Shown here: in pieces, positions 62,879 to 64,000 of the stretch | Numbering within the stretch: position 1 is the first letter of the stretch | How the letters are laid out: every line of letters begins with the position of its first letter | Assembly (NCBI GenBank): GCA_051859245.1 | Contig: JBHYGA010000001.1 | Location: 1,629,722 to 1,693,721 of the forward strand | DNA: 64,000 nucleotides | Source of the DNA: Gemmatimonadaceae bacterium | Lineage (GTDB): Bacteria > Gemmatimonadota > Gemmatimonadetes > Gemmatimonadales > Gemmatimonadaceae | Reading direction: 5' to 3' | Program-made: the position numbers and the translations under genes | The notes under the pieces: model-generated | What the model saw: the letters and a program-made list of their open reading frames with translations, nothing else | The model's database searches: none | Told to the model about the DNA's origin: nothing

Positions 62879-63811
62879 TCAGCGATCGCGCACGTGCGTG
62901 AGCCAGCCGTATGTATCAGGTACGCGACCGTGCACAATATCGAGAAACTGCGCCTGCAGCTGCTTGGTAATGGGTCCGGGCTTTCCACCGCCAATGCGGA
63001 TGCGATCGATGCTGCGGATTGGCGTGACTTCCGACGCCGTGCCGGTCAGGAACACTTCGTCTGCGCCGTACAACATTTCGCGCGCGATTGGCTGTTCGCG
63101 TACGGTAAAGCCGGCATCAATCGCGAGTCGCTGAATGCTCGCGCGCGTGATGCCGCCAAGGATGGTTCCGTCGAGCGGCGAGGTGTAGAGCACACCATCG
63201 AGCACCGCGAACACATTTTGGCCGGAGCCTTCACTCACCGTGCCATTGGGACTGAGTGCGATGCCTTCCTGAAAGCCGTTGGCCAGCGCTTCCATCTTGA
63301 TCAACTGTCCGCTCAGATAGTTGCCCGCAATTTTCGCCATCGCCGGAATGGTGTTCGGCGCCACGCGATTCCAGCTTGAGATGCACGCGTCTACACCATT
63401 GGCGAGCGCTTCATCGCCGAGGTATGCGCCCCACGCCCAGCACGGAAGAAAAACGTGGATCGGGCTTTCGAGTGGCACCATACCCGCCGCGCCGTAGCCG
63501 CGTACAACCATCGGACGGATGTAGCACGCGTCCATCTCATTGCGACGCACGAGCTCGCGTGTTGCGGCGATGAGGTCGTCAATGGAATAGTCAAGCTCCA
63601 TGCGATAGATGCGCACCGAGTGCACCAGTCGCTGCAGATGTTCACGCAAACGAAAGACGGCCGGTCCTTGCGGCGTCGAGTATGCACGAATGCCCTCAAA
63701 CGCGGCGGAACCAAACTGCATGGAGTGACTCAGCACATGCATCGTCGCGTCGGCCCACGGAATGAACTCACCGTCGCGCCAGATCCACTGTGTTGCCGTC
63801 AACTTGCTCAT
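62879..63811 (-). CDS. ilvE: Branched-chain amino acid aminotransferase
   Basis: FEGIRAY, YIRP, AKIAGNY, SEGSGQNVF, ILGGITR and DEVFLTGTASE motifs. Confidence 0.96.
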   Translation of the reverse strand: MSKLTATQWIWRDGEFIPWADATMHVLSHSMQFGSAAFEGIRAYSTPQGPAVFRLREHLQRLVHSVRIYRMELDYSIDDLIAATRELVRRNEMDACYIRPMVVRGYGAAGMVPLESPIHVFLPCWAWGAYLGDEALANGVDACISSWNRVAPNTIPAMAKIAGNYLSGQLIKMEALANGFQEGIALSPNGTVSEGSGQNVFAVLDGVLYTSPLDGTILGGITRASIQRLAIDAGFTVREQPIAREMLYGADEVFLTGTASEVTPIRSIDRIRIGGGKPGPITKQLQAQFLDIVHGRVPDTYGWLTHVRDR

Positions 63812-63896
63812 GTCATTCTCGTAGTAGGGAGCGAAGATAAAATCAGTTGTTCACACGTTCGATGCGTGCCGTCGCGTGCGCGACGTCGCGCGGCGG

Positions 63897-64000
63897 CTAC
63901 AACAGCGAACGCGCCGCGCCACCATCGGCACAGATTGCCTGACCGGTAATAAAACCCGCCTGGCGCGAGGCGAGAAACACAATCAACGATGCCACCTCTT
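63897..64000 (-). CDS. C-terminal fragment of an SDR-family oxidoreductase (runs off the window)
   Basis: Manual minus-strand translation EVASLIVFLASRQAGFITGQAICADGGAARSLL* matches the classical SDR C-terminus; absent from the ORF track. Confidence 0.85.
   Translation of the reverse strand, partial: EVASLIVFLASRQAGFITGQAICADGGAARSLL

Noticed and set aside
62663..62880. tRNA-Leu as a genomic island or prophage attachment site
   Set aside because: No integrase and no duplicated tRNA 3' end seen; flanked by ordinary genes

Overview
GC-rich bacterial chromosome segment, most likely from a Gemmatimonadota-like organism. That taxonomy is inferred from gene content and order, not proven. The window is mostly core genome. 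It holds a split trp cluster (trpD, antisense lexA, then trpC-trpF-trpB, a HEAT-repeat and HD-GYP pair, and trpA), followed by yqeK-like, rlmN, PTS IIA and aspS-phoH-7TM/HD-ybeY with two CBS/CNNM genes. Next come a B12-dependent acyl-CoA mutase/carboxyltransferase/AtuA-like cluster, a SusC-SusD-DUF4397 trio, argG, ctaA, an M28 peptidase, rlhA-like U32, recQ-like, an amidohydrolase, an acyl-CoA dehydrogenase, RNase E/G and rplU-rpmA. The window ends with an ECF sigma/anti-sigma/Spy-like trio, a DUF2946-like leader-TonB receptor-BNR-TlpA locus, tRNA-Leu(CAA), ilvE and a partial SDR. I saw no CRISPR array, IS element, integrase or prophage. The best leads are: (1) a candidate direct-repeat SOS box (TTCGG-N6-TTCGG) sitting exactly on a predicted lexA promoter; (2) a CruR/CutF-like Cys/His-rich leader peptide with a variant TAPP arrest motif heading a putative metal-import operon; (3) a mutase with isobutyryl-CoA-mutase specificity residues linked to split AtuA-like genes; (4) a recurrent leaderless promoter architecture; and (5) a barrel-less TonB-plug-like protein. 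All calls come from reading the sequence and motifs only; no searches were run.
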